Assembly: GCA_964443495.1 (NCBI GenBank)
Contig: CAYUCS010000001.1
Coordinates: 680,468-744,467, forward strand
DNA from: an uncultured Gammaproteobacteria bacterium
Lineage (GTDB): Bacteria; Patescibacteriota; Patescibacteriia; Patescibacteriales; GWE2-39-37
Direction of reading: 5' to 3'
Length of the DNA stretch: 64,000 nt
Below, one piece after another: positions 24,945 to 33,939 of this stretch. The notes under the pieces are model-generated. The model did no database searches and was not told where the DNA came from. It saw nothing but the letters and a program-made list of their open reading frames with translations. A program made the position numbers and the translations under genes. The stretch's first letter is position 1; every line of letters starts with the position of its first letter.

Positions 24945-25487
24945 TCAGCCTTTGAAAATGAATACCGGCTTCAGGCGATGGGTGGCGAAGTTGACTGCCT
25001 GGAAGCTCAATAGGGCGACGAAGAGGTTCAGGGCCAATCGCGTTGCCAGCGCGAACCCGCTTTCGATCGACATGGCATAATGCGAAAGCTCTCCGAGCGA
25101 AAGAGAAAAGACGGCGTCGCTGAGCCGCAGGAACAGCCCGTAAAAGATCGTTGATAACCCGACCAGCGCCAAGAAGGAATATTGCGAGCGGTTGGTAAAG
25201 AAGCTGACCAGGAGAAAATAAGCCGCAAGGATAGTGAGGCTGTAGCTTATGAGATAAATGCCGAAGGGCTGGAACGAGAAAGCGTCCATGAAATAGCCGC
25301 ACATGATCGTCAGGATGAAGACCGTCTTCAGGTCGGTAATGACAAGGACGATCAATAGGAATATCATCACCAGATCCATCCCCCTGACACCGTCAGGCAA
25401 GCCGCTGACAAAGCCGAGCTGCGCCAACACCAGCAGCAGTGCTGCCAGGAAATATCCGATCAGTTGGGCATAAGCTTTATATCTCAT
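24945..25487 (-). CDS. mreD: Rod shape-determining protein MreD
   Basis: 180-aa polytopic membrane protein positioned between mreC and mrdA. Confidence 0.8.
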   Translation of the reverse strand: MRYKAYAQLIGYFLAALLLVLAQLGFVSGLPDGVRGMDLVMIFLLIVLVITDLKTVFILTIMCGYFMDAFSFQPFGIYLISYSLTILAAYFLLVSFFTNRSQYSFLALVGLSTIFYGLFLRLSDAVFSLSLGELSHYAMSIESGFALATRLALNLFVALLSFQAVNFATHRLKPVFIFKG

Positions 25488-25491
25488 AGCA

Positions 25492-26295
25492 TCATTTTGA
25501 AAGAAGGACCGAGACGATCATCGTGTCATCGATGCCGATCAGCGGTTCGATCCTGGCATCCTGCCAGAGTTCGTTATTTTCCTTGATCACTTGGCTGACG
25601 CTGCCGACGACGATACCGGCAGGTATGTTGCGTTCCAGTCCGGAAGTCACGACGATATTGCCATTCTTGACCGTTTCGCTTTGCGGAATCAGCTCCATCT
25701 TGACGGTCAGCCCGAGGTCGCCTTTGGCGATGCCGATCGTCTTGCTCTTGTTCTGGATAGTGACGGCGAACTGGCACTGATCGGAAGTCACCAGGCACGC
25801 TTGGGCGCTGTTCTCGCCGACATCGATGATTTTTCCGAAGATATGGCCATCTTCGTTAAGAACAGCCAAGCCGAGAGTCAGCCCGTCCCTGGAACCGCGG
25901 TCAAGCATCACGGTCTGATTGGCCTGGTCGAGGTCGCTCTTGCCGATGATTGAGGCCATCACGGTTTTCCTTGAGCTGTTGTTCGAGAATTTCAGGAACT
26001 CGCGAAGCGTCGCGTTCTCGTTTTCTAAGGATTTCAGCCTGGCGTTCTCTTCCGTCAGCCGGTTCACTTGGCGGCGCAAGTCGTCAGCCACGCTTGCCAG
26101 ATCGCGGCGGTCGGTCTGCGAATTGTAGAGCGAGCGCACCTTGGCGCCGGCGCCATAGAATCGTCCCAAAACCGGGCTTAATGACGAATGCAGCCGCGAT
26201 TCAAACGGTGCTAAGACCCTGAGATAATGCAAAAAAATGAGCAGCCCGATAACTGCTCCGAAATAACCGACTCTTTTCCAGTTGACTTTCTTCAT
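25492..26295 (-). CDS. mreC: Rod shape-determining protein MreC
   Basis: N-terminal TM, a coiled coil (LTEENARLKSLENENATLRE), and beta-rich C-terminal domains. Confidence 0.88.
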   Translation of the reverse strand: MKKVNWKRVGYFGAVIGLLIFLHYLRVLAPFESRLHSSLSPVLGRFYGAGAKVRSLYNSQTDRRDLASVADDLRRQVNRLTEENARLKSLENENATLREFLKFSNNSSRKTVMASIIGKSDLDQANQTVMLDRGSRDGLTLGLAVLNEDGHIFGKIIDVGENSAQACLVTSDQCQFAVTIQNKSKTIGIAKGDLGLTVKMELIPQSETVKNGNIVVTSGLERNIPAGIVVGSVSQVIKENNELWQDARIEPLIGIDDTMIVSVLLSK

Positions 26296-26304
26296 GAGTT
26301 TGTC

Positions 26305-27348
26305 TTACAGCTCATCGGCTGACTGGGAGCTGACCTTAGCCAGGAGCTCGGCATCGGACAGCAGGATGCCTGTGCCTTTGGCCAGGCAGATCAGCGGGTC
26401 ATCGGCGACACGCACCGGAATCTTGGTTTCCTGGGCGATCGCCTTGTCCAAACCGCGCAGCAAAGCGCCGCCGCCGGTCAGGACGATGCCGTGTTCGTAG
26501 ATATCAGCCACCAATTCAGGAGGCGTAGCCTCGAGGGTGATCTTGATATTGTCGATTATCTGCCGCAGGCTGCGGCTCATGGTCTCGCGGACCTGCATAT
26601 CATTAATGACGATGTTGCGCGGCAAGCCGTTGATCAGGTCGCGCCCGCGCACGTCCATATCCATCGGTTCGCGCATCGGGATGGCCGAGCCGATACGGAT
26701 CTTGATATTCTCCGCCACCTGCTCGCCGATCAGGACATTGAATTCCTCGCGGATGAACTGGATGATGTTGCTGTCCAGCTCATTGCCGGCCAAACGCAAC
26801 GACTTGTAGGTGACGACTCCGCCCAGGGAGATAACCGCTATCTCGGTCGTGCCGCCGCCGATATCGACCACCATGGTCGCCCTCGGGTCAGTCACTGGCA
26901 AGCGAGCGCCGATAGCTGAAGCCATCGACTCCTCGATCAAAAAGACCTTGCGGGCGCCGGCCGACTTGGCCGCGTCCTCGACTGCCTTCTTCTCCACTTC
27001 GGTGATATCCAAAGGTATGCCGATGATGACGCGCGGCCTCGGAGACAAAGCGAACCCGCCTTCATGCGCCTTGTCGATGAAATATTTGAGCATCTTTTCC
27101 GTGACTTCGAAATCTGAAATGACGCCATCGACCAAGGGCTTGATCGCCTGGATGTGCGCCGGAGTCTTGCCGATCATCTTCTTAGCCTCTTCACCGATGG
27201 CCAGAATCTCGTCGGTGCGCACGTTGACGGCGACGACGGTCGGTTCATTAATGACGATTCCCTTGTCCTGGACATATACCAAGGTATTCTTGGTACCGAG
27301 ATCGATGCCCAGGTCGTGGCTGAATTTTCCGAAAAATCTATTTAACAT
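26305..27348 (-). CDS. mreB: Rod shape-determining protein MreB
   Basis: DLGIDLGTKNTLV and VVDIGGGTTEIAV actin-fold phosphate motifs; 347 aa. Confidence 0.97.
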   Translation of the reverse strand: MLNRFFGKFSHDLGIDLGTKNTLVYVQDKGIVINEPTVVAVNVRTDEILAIGEEAKKMIGKTPAHIQAIKPLVDGVISDFEVTEKMLKYFIDKAHEGGFALSPRPRVIIGIPLDITEVEKKAVEDAAKSAGARKVFLIEESMASAIGARLPVTDPRATMVVDIGGGTTEIAVISLGGVVTYKSLRLAGNELDSNIIQFIREEFNVLIGEQVAENIKIRIGSAIPMREPMDMDVRGRDLINGLPRNIVINDMQVRETMSRSLRQIIDNIKITLEATPPELVADIYEHGIVLTGGGALLRGLDKAIAQETKIPVRVADDPLICLAKGTGILLSDAELLAKVSSQSADEL

Positions 27349-27673
27349 TGTTGTTTGATAAGGTTTCGTTCTTATGGTTCCAGTCTCGAGTCTTATTCCT
27401 CTCGATCTTCTTTTCTATTTCCTTGGCCAAGTCGACCTTAAATATCGCCGACAGATGGAACAGGCGGATGGCGATGTCGGCCAGCTCTTCCGAGACGCCA
27501 TCCTTGCCATCGAAGTTGTCGCGGCGGAACGCCTCATAGGCTTCGCTGACCTCGCTGTGGAGCAAGGCGAACTTTTCCGGCAGGTTGACTTCGTTGGGCT
27601 CAGTTCCCCAATGCTTGTCTTTAGCCAGCGCCGTGATGTCGCCGATTATTTGCTCAAGTGATGGCTTATGCAT
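27338..27673 (-). CDS. MazG-like nucleotide pyrophosphohydrolase (small all-alpha NTP-PPase)
   Basis: LLHSEVSEAYEAFR ... ELADIAIRLFHL is the ExxE...ExxD helix pair of the MazG family. Its 3' end overlaps the mreB start by 11 nt. Confidence 0.7.
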   Translation of the reverse strand: MHKPSLEQIIGDITALAKDKHWGTEPNEVNLPEKFALLHSEVSEAYEAFRRDNFDGKDGVSEELADIAIRLFHLSAIFKVDLAKEIEKKIERNKTRDWNHKNETLSNNNVK

Positions 27674-27711
27674 CTAAACTTGTTAGGTGAATAATTTTAA
27701 ATTGATTCGTC

Positions 27712-28962
27712 TTATTTTTTGCTATTCATCATATCAAGCAACCTGCTGATACTGACTAATTCTGCCGTGCCATTTCCCCGCCGTTTGACTTCGACCTTAT
27801 CTCCCTGTGCCAATGTCTTCTCACTGACGACAGCACGATAGGGGCAGCCGATCAGGTCTGACTCCGCGAACTTCTCGCCAGCCGAGATGTCGCGATCATC
27901 GAATAATACTTCGACTCCGCGCTCCAGCAACGCTTCATAAATCTCTTCGGTCACCTTCGCCTGATTTAGGCTGATCAGGTGCAGCTTGAACGGGGCCACG
28001 CTTTCGGGCCAGATTACGCCCCGATCGTCATGATGGACCTCGACGATCGTGCCCATGACCCTGGTCGGACCGATGCCATAGCAGCCCATCTCGACCAGCT
28101 GAAGCTCTCCCTCGGCATTCTTGTAGGTGAAGTCGCATGCTTTCGAGAATCTTGTCCTCAATTTGAAGATATTGCCAACCTCGACCGCCTTGGCTTGGCG
28201 CAGGTCGGTCCGCTCGCAATTGGGGCAGCCTGGCTGTTCTTCGATTATTTCCTGATTGATGGCGATCTGGCAATCATCGCAGATGTGGATCGTATCCTCG
28301 CCCGCGTCGGTCACCGTCTGATATTCGTGGGAATATTTCGAGAAGGCGCCGCCAGAGGCGAAAGTAAGATATGTCACGTCCAAGAGGCCGCAACGCTCGA
28401 AAATCTTGAAATAGGCCTTCTGGGCAAGCTTGTAGAAGCGCCCGAGGTCTTCCTCGTCAGTATGGAAAGAATACAGGTCTTTCATCAGGAATTCGCGGCC
28501 GCGAATCAAGCCGGCTTTGGCTCGCTTCTCGTTGCGGAACTTGGTCTGGATCTGATAGACGTAGGCTGGCAATTCCTTGTAAGAAAATATATGCTTCTTG
28601 GCCAAAGGAGTGACCACCTCTTCATGGGTAGCGCCCAAGGCATACTCTTTACTATCAGAACCCTTGAGCTTGAACAAGGCATCGAAACCTTCCCAGCGGC
28701 CCGTCGTCTGCCAGACTTCCTTAGGATTCAAGCCGGGCATCAGGAGCTCCTGCCCGCCGATACGGTCCATTTCCTCGCGGATGATCTGATTGATTTTTGA
28801 CAAGACACGCAAACCCAGCGGAAGGATGGTATAGATTCCTGCACCCACCTTGTCGATGAATCCTGCCCTGATCAGAACCTGAGCATTGTAGCTCTCCTCA
28901 TCCTTAGGCAAGTCTCGGCTTACCTTAGTAAAGAATTTCGATTGACGCATAAACTTGTCCAA
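27712..28962 (-). CDS. proS: Prolyl-tRNA synthetase, minimal bacterial-like form without the INS editing domain
   Basis: Class II motifs (FRNEKRAKAGLIRGREFLMKD; GCYGIGPTR), an anticodon-binding C-terminus, and only 416 aa. A CDDC...CPNC insert occupies the INS position. The start may be 28950 (MRQSKFF). Confidence 0.9.
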   Translation of the reverse strand: MDKFMRQSKFFTKVSRDLPKDEESYNAQVLIRAGFIDKVGAGIYTILPLGLRVLSKINQIIREEMDRIGGQELLMPGLNPKEVWQTTGRWEGFDALFKLKGSDSKEYALGATHEEVVTPLAKKHIFSYKELPAYVYQIQTKFRNEKRAKAGLIRGREFLMKDLYSFHTDEEDLGRFYKLAQKAYFKIFERCGLLDVTYLTFASGGAFSKYSHEYQTVTDAGEDTIHICDDCQIAINQEIIEEQPGCPNCERTDLRQAKAVEVGNIFKLRTRFSKACDFTYKNAEGELQLVEMGCYGIGPTRVMGTIVEVHHDDRGVIWPESVAPFKLHLISLNQAKVTEEIYEALLERGVEVLFDDRDISAGEKFAESDLIGCPYRAVVSEKTLAQGDKVEVKRRGNGTAELVSISRLLDMMNSKK

Positions 28963-29081
28963 AATTTTATAAAAGCTGAAAGCTTTTTGTATGGTCAGAA
29001 ATTTGATTTCTCAACCAAAAATTAAGCTTGTTCCAAGCTTGTTTGATGGATATATCTTAGCTTATTTAGGCCCTGATTGTC

Positions 29082-29113
29082 AAAAAAAGTAGAGGGAGAA
29101 AATCTCCCTCTAC
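29082..29113 (-). terminator. Intrinsic terminator of the secDF-76aa unit
   Basis: Stem gtagaggga / tccctctac (29089-29097 / 29105-29113), followed on the minus strand by T7. The stop codon lies inside the stem. Confidence 0.8.
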
Positions 29114-29340
29114 GTCTTATTTCTTGGCGGTTTTTCCTTCCGATAGACAAGCCCTGATTCAGTTCCGGCGAGCTGCGCCTCCTTGGCGCGCTCTAATTCA
29201 CGATACAGCTCCTTGATGGTGAAATGGGTATAATGCTCCCGATCGATGCGTGCGCTTGTCAGGCCCTGCAAGGCGTTGATCAGCTCGCTTTTCCTGGTAC
29301 TGGGATGGACTTTGTATCTCTTCTGAACGAATGGATTCAC
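29110..29340 (-). CDS. Small basic hypothetical protein (76 aa)
   Basis: GTG start at 29340 with an AAAGGAGG SD 5 nt upstream. It lies 32 nt downstream of secF. Confidence 0.5.
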   Translation of the reverse strand: MNPFVQKRYKVHPSTRKSELINALQGLTSARIDREHYTHFTIKELYRELERAKEAQLAGTESGLVYRKEKPPRNKT

Positions 29341-29372
29341 CTCGACCTCCTTTGGTTATATGAATGTGCCTG

Positions 29373-30293
29373 TTACTTTTTCCACTTCTCCCAAACGACC
29401 AGCATCGGCGAAGCGACGAAGATCGATGAGTAAGTTCCGATAGCGATACCGATGGTCAGCGCCAAAGCGAAGGCCCTGATCGAAGCGCCGCCGAAGACAG
29501 TGATCGCGACCAGCGTCAGCAATACGGTTAAGGAAGTGTTGATTGAGCGGACCAGCGTCTGATTGAGGCTCATATTGACAGTACCCTCGAAATCGAGATG
29601 GCTCTTCGGCAGATTTTCGCGGATACGATCGAAAACGACGATGGTATCATGGACCGAATAGCCGATGACGGTCAGGATAGCAGCCACGAAGGTGGTGTTG
29701 ATTTCCATGCCGTAGAATTTGCCCAAAACCGAGAAGATGCCCATAGTGATGATCGCGTCATGAAACAAGGCAATCAACGCAGCCAAGCCGTATTTCCAAG
29801 AAGCGACCGGTTTTGAGATCTTGCGGAAGGCATAGCTGATATAGAAAAGGATGGCTAGCAACACGAAAAAGATTGCATTGACGGACTTTTGCTTCAGCTC
29901 CTGGCCGATGGAAGGTCCGACCGAGTCGAAGCGCAGCTCCTCAACGGCATTTTCCTTATTCTTGGACTGGGCCAGCTTCTTCAAGCTGCTCACTACCGCC
30001 GCGTGCTTCTCTTCGGTCGATTCCTGGAAGCGGATGATCATGTCCTGATTGCCGACCGGTTGGACGATCAAACTGCCCAGGCTGCCGACAGATTTGTCAT
30101 CAGCCAAAGCGGTCTGCACCTCGCTGACGCTTGGGCGCTCCTTGGCGAACTTGACCTCAAGCAAGCTGCCGCCGGTAAAATCGATGCCGAACTTGAAGCG
30201 CCACAGGATCAGGGCCGCACCGAAGACGATGAACAGGATGCCCGAAATCCAGAGCCAGATGCCGCGTTTTCCGATAATGTTGTAATTGGTCAT
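29373..30293 (-). CDS. secF: Protein translocase subunit SecF
   Basis: 306 aa. GIDFTGGS start motif and six TM segments; follows secD. Confidence 0.93.
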   Translation of the reverse strand: MTNYNIIGKRGIWLWISGILFIVFGAALILWRFKFGIDFTGGSLLEVKFAKERPSVSEVQTALADDKSVGSLGSLIVQPVGNQDMIIRFQESTEEKHAAVVSSLKKLAQSKNKENAVEELRFDSVGPSIGQELKQKSVNAIFFVLLAILFYISYAFRKISKPVASWKYGLAALIALFHDAIITMGIFSVLGKFYGMEINTTFVAAILTVIGYSVHDTIVVFDRIRENLPKSHLDFEGTVNMSLNQTLVRSINTSLTVLLTLVAITVFGGASIRAFALALTIGIAIGTYSSIFVASPMLVVWEKWKK

Positions 30294-30303
30294 AGGTAGG
30301 AAA

Positions 30304-32385
30304 TTAATGCTTATTTACGCCCACGAGCCACGGCCGCTTTTCTAGCCAGGATTCAGGAATGAGCTTTAAGAAGTTTCGAGTAATGAAGATAGCGGTAAAC
30401 ATCGATACCAGGACACCGATAGCCAGCGTGATGGCGAAGCCCTTGACCACGCTGGTCGAGAACTGGATCAGGATGAAGCAGGTGATCAGGGTCGAGGCGT
30501 TCGAATCGCGGATCGACGGCCAAGCGCGCCGGAAAGCTTCCTCAAGCGAAGTGCCGAAGGCCTTGCCGAAGGCAAGCTCTTCCTTCAAACGGGCGAAAAT
30601 AAGGACGTTGGCATCGACGGCCATGCCGATCGACATGATGAAGCCGGCAATGCCCGACAAAGTGACTGTAACCGGCCAGAGCTTGAAGATAGCCAGCACC
30701 AAAACGCTATAGATAGCCAGGGCAACCACGGCTAGAACGCCCGGGAAGCGGTAGAAAAGTATCATGAACAAAGCCACCAAAGCGAATCCGATCAGGCCGG
30801 CTTTGAAACTGGCATTGACCGACTGCTGGCCCAGGGTGGCGCCGACCGACTGCTGGTTGACCAGAGTGATCGGGACCGGCAATGCGCCGGCATTCAAGCG
30901 CTGGGACAATAGCTTGGCTTCCTTGATATCGAACTTGCCGCTGATGACTGCTTTGCCGCCGGTGATTTCCTCGTTGACGGTCGGCGAACTGATCGGGTAG
31001 CCGTCAAGGAAGATCGAAACCTGCTTGCCGACGTTGCGCTTGGTGATCGCCGCGAAAAGCTCGCCGCCCTTCTCGTCGAATTCCAAAGAAACGGTCGGCG
31101 AATTATCATTAGGGTCGAACTCGACCGAAGCCCGCTTCAGGTATTTGCCGGTCAACTCCGTATTCTTCCAGTCGCTCTGGTCGCCGACGATATCGGCCTC
31201 GCTCTGGGTCTTGATCAGGATATTGCGGATACGATACTCATCGATCTTCCGTTCTGCTTGCTTATAGATAAGGTGGAAACCGAACTCGGTCTCTACTGGG
31301 CCCTCGATCGTGCCGGCCTTCTGCGCGAAGACGGCGTCCTCGAAGGCCTTGACCATCTTGCCGCGTCCGAACCAGCCCAGATCGCCGCCACTGTCGCGCG
31401 CGCCCGGTTCGGTCGAGTTCTCTTTGACTAGCTGGGCGAAATTATCTTTGTTGGCCTTGGCCTTGAGCTGCTCGATCTTGGACTTGGCCGCCTCCTTGTC
31501 CAAGCCGCTCTCGCAGCCGGAGATATCCTTATAGCAGATCAGGAGGTGCGATGCCTTGGCCTCCATCTGCGGCTGGTTGTTGAACGGGTCGTTCTTAGTC
31601 CGCTTCTCTTCGTTCTTGATTAATTGATAGCCGGCGGCCGTCTTGGAGAGATTGGTCGATGTCTTGCCGACCGGAACTTTCTGTGCCAGCTTGAACAGCT
31701 CAGGATTGTCCTGCTCGCTGATCCAGCCCAGTTCTCCGCCCTTCTTGTTGCCGGAAGAATCGGTATTGGCCGGGTCCTCGCTATACTGGTTGGCCAGCGC
31801 GGCGAAGTCGCCGTTGGACATTACTTTGCCCAAGACTTCCTCGGCCTTTTTGGTGGCCGCCTTATTGAAAGCGTCCATGCTCTTCTTTTCCTCGGCGGTC
31901 AGCGGGCGCTTTTCCGTGTTCTGTTCCTTGAACTCGAGCAGCGGAGTCTCGCCGATCATCTTGATCGCCTGGGCAGTATCCTTGATACCGGCCAATTCTA
32001 CCATGACATAATATTTTCCGGCCGAAAGGTTCGTCTGGATATTAGGCTCGGCAACGCCGAAGACATTGACGCGGCGCTCGATGACATCGCGCACGCCCTC
32101 GACGGCTGACGGCTGATCCTTGCCCGGCACGGCCGAGACGTCGGCCTGGTAGATCAGCTGGGTTCCGCCCAAAAGGTCGAGGCCGAGACGGAACGGAGTT
32201 TCTTTGACGGTCGGCAGTTTGACGGCTTGTCCAGTCTTTGATGCGATCCAATCAGCACCGCGGTTATAATAGCCGCCGCCGACGATCAGGAGGCCGACGA
32301 TCAGGAGTAAGATGATGAGCGAAAAGATTCGCCAGACCTTGGCCCGTCCGCCAGACAGGAACATGGATTGGAAGATGTTTGGCAT
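30304..32385 (-). CDS. secD: Protein translocase subunit SecD with two inserted parvulin-type PPIase domains
   Basis: SecD N-terminus (LGLDLLGGTQL) and C-terminal TM bundle. aa ~155-395 contain GGELGWISEQ...AAGYQLIK and GGDLGWFGRGKMVKAFEDAVF...TEFGFHLIYK, both rotamase (PpiC) signatures. Confidence 0.9.
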   Translation of the reverse strand: MPNIFQSMFLSGGRAKVWRIFSLIILLLIVGLLIVGGGYYNRGADWIASKTGQAVKLPTVKETPFRLGLDLLGGTQLIYQADVSAVPGKDQPSAVEGVRDVIERRVNVFGVAEPNIQTNLSAGKYYVMVELAGIKDTAQAIKMIGETPLLEFKEQNTEKRPLTAEEKKSMDAFNKAATKKAEEVLGKVMSNGDFAALANQYSEDPANTDSSGNKKGGELGWISEQDNPELFKLAQKVPVGKTSTNLSKTAAGYQLIKNEEKRTKNDPFNNQPQMEAKASHLLICYKDISGCESGLDKEAAKSKIEQLKAKANKDNFAQLVKENSTEPGARDSGGDLGWFGRGKMVKAFEDAVFAQKAGTIEGPVETEFGFHLIYKQAERKIDEYRIRNILIKTQSEADIVGDQSDWKNTELTGKYLKRASVEFDPNDNSPTVSLEFDEKGGELFAAITKRNVGKQVSIFLDGYPISSPTVNEEITGGKAVISGKFDIKEAKLLSQRLNAGALPVPITLVNQQSVGATLGQQSVNASFKAGLIGFALVALFMILFYRFPGVLAVVALAIYSVLVLAIFKLWPVTVTLSGIAGFIMSIGMAVDANVLIFARLKEELAFGKAFGTSLEEAFRRAWPSIRDSNASTLITCFILIQFSTSVVKGFAITLAIGVLVSMFTAIFITRNFLKLIPESWLEKRPWLVGVNKH

Positions 32386-32576
32386 AAAAAAAATTAAACT
32401 CCTTACTCACCTATGCTAAGGGGTTCGGAAAAATTAACAAAACATAGAGCCTGGAGACAGGCTATGTGATACATTTTAAGTATTATTATTTAAAAAAGCA
32501 AGGCGACTTATGCACAAAGGCCTGAAAAATAAGGGTTTCTTGACACCTTGACCAAAAATCACCTTAATATTGGCAT

Positions 32577-32607
32577 AAAAAAGGGCCCGTCGTTGATGAC
32601 AGGCCCC
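32577..32607 (-). terminator. Intrinsic terminator of the GGDEF gene
   Basis: On the minus strand, GGGCCTGTC-atcaac-GACGGGCCC is followed by T6. Confidence 0.8.
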
Positions 32608-32626
32608 GTATCGCATAAAGAACAGG

Positions 32627-33319
32627 CTATTGGGGTTTGGTTTCACGAAGGTCGCGAAGCTCCTTTTTGTGCAAAAGACGCATATCGGCCTTGTGGCAGA
32701 CCTCCGACAACTCAATCTTGTCGCCGATATTCTGCATGGCCAAAGCGGTCATGGCACTGACGCAATCTTCACGTCCATCATTGTAAGCGACATTCACCTT
32801 TCTTACTGCTCGAGATATCTTGACATAAGTCTTGAAGCCCTCGCGCCAGCTAGCGGCGAAAAACAGGACGATGAACTCGTCACCATGCACATGGATGACT
32901 AAGTCGCTTTTGCGGATTTTCTGCATCAAAGTGAGTCCGACCGTGCAGATAGCGCGATTGCCTCCATCATGGCCGTGCTCGGTATTGACCCGCTTAAGGT
33001 GATTAAGGTCGACGTAAACGACACCATAAAAGCGGCCTTTGCCATTGCCATAGCGGCGTTCGATCTCCAGAAGACGCGGAGCCTCCTGATCGAAAAACCG
33101 CTTGTTGTACAGCAAGTTGCAGATCGGACTGAACATGGAAATCTCAGACAATTTGAGATTCTGCTCCTTGAGCCTCTTGTTAGCCGCATGGAGCTCTTCG
33201 ATGAAATGAGACATTTGAGCCGACTCGCTCTCCAGTTTTGCGACCTTGCGTCGTAGAAGCTTAACCTCTTCTTCGGCAGAGACCTGCCGCTCCCTTTCTC
33301 TTCCTTTTTCAGTTTCCAT
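32627..33319 (-). CDS. GGDEF-domain protein with coiled-coil N-terminus (HGDEF variant; RxxD I-site present)
   Basis: From the ATG at 33319 (METEKGRER...). VDLNHLKRVNTEHGHDGGN ... RKSDLVIHVHGDEFIVLF aligns to DxxxFKxxNDxxGHxxGD ... RxxD-x5-GGDEF. The ORF-track N-terminal extension to 33493 runs through the promoter region. Confidence 0.8.
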   Translation of the reverse strand: METEKGRERERQVSAEEEVKLLRRKVAKLESESAQMSHFIEELHAANKRLKEQNLKLSEISMFSPICNLLYNKRFFDQEAPRLLEIERRYGNGKGRFYGVVYVDLNHLKRVNTEHGHDGGNRAICTVGLTLMQKIRKSDLVIHVHGDEFIVLFFAASWREGFKTYVKISRAVRKVNVAYNDGREDCVSAMTALAMQNIGDKIELSEVCHKADMRLLHKKELRDLRETKPQ

Positions 33320-33388
33320 GACTCCCCCTTCGTAGCTTACTCTAAAATCAGAGCTAAAATGAACATGCTTATTGATGCGATAACAACT

Positions 33389-33417
33389 AACATAGCATAT
33401 TTTCAAAGTTTTGTCAA
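33389..33417 (-). promoter_or_regulatory. Promoter TTGACA-N17-TATGTT for the GGDEF gene
   Basis: Minus-strand -35 at 33417-33412 and -10 at 33394-33389. Confidence 0.6.
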
Positions 33418-33584
33418 TATTAGCAATAAAACCGCTGTTCTTGGACGATTTTACGGAAATAGAAGAAAAAAAACATTGACAAAATAAGCACAAAATGGTA
33501 ACGTCAATAATCCTCCTGTTCCGAACAAGTTACTCAAAAAACGCTCATTTCTCAAAAATACTTTCGATACAGGAGGTAAAAACC

Positions 33585-33857
33585 ATGAATCTTGGAAGCG
33601 CTTTCCTGAACGGGCTCCCCGAGGAGCTGAAAAACCGCATTGCCAAAACCATCACTGATGGCTACGACCTGCGGACGCAACTTTCATGCGACCTTTCGCA
33701 TGACATCTCTAAAATCATCGCTGCCGCCTCCCTGCGGCAGGACCCGAAGACCATCGAAGAATTGGTCGAACGGATCGAGGCCCAATTGGCCGACCCAGAG
33801 AACGCCATCGCCGGCATCAAACAGATACACCAAGATTTATTTCCACAGGCAGCCTGA
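33585..33857 (+). CDS. Hypothetical small protein (90 aa)
   Basis: An AGGAGGT SD lies 7 nt before the ATG at 33585. Followed by a strong terminator. Helical and acidic; no domain recognised. Confidence 0.6.
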   Translation: MNLGSAFLNGLPEELKNRIAKTITDGYDLRTQLSCDLSHDISKIIAAASLRQDPKTIEELVERIEAQLADPENAIAGIKQIHQDLFPQAA

Positions 33858-33871
33858 CGGCCGCCACCGAC

Positions 33872-33906
33872 AAAGCCCTTGCAGCGTGCAAGGGCTTTCT
33901 TCTTTT
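33872..33906 (+). terminator. Intrinsic terminator
   Basis: 12-bp stem aaagcccttgca / tgcaagggcttt with a 3-nt loop, followed by CTTCTTTTC. Confidence 0.85.
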
Positions 33907-33939
33907 CGGATATATGCTACAATTAGCATAAATAATCCT

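Noticed and set aside
27979-28800. 273-aa plus-strand ORF
   Set aside because: Antisense to proS.
32476-32715. 79-aa minus-strand ORF in the secD-GGDEF spacer
   Set aside because: It overlaps the GGDEF gene's 3' end and its terminator hairpin, has no SD, and has an odd composition.
33320-33493. N-terminal 58-codon extension of the GGDEF ORF (TTG start at 33493)
   Set aside because: The extension covers the TTGACA-N17-TATGTT promoter and AT-rich leader. The nearest GGAGG is 18 nt from the TTG. The internal ATG at 33319 has a G-rich SD.
33640-33939. N-terminal 100-codon extension of the HD-domain ORF
   Set aside because: It overlaps the 90-aa gene out of frame and reads through the 12-bp-stem terminator at 33872-33906. 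The ATG at 33940 follows an extended -10 box.
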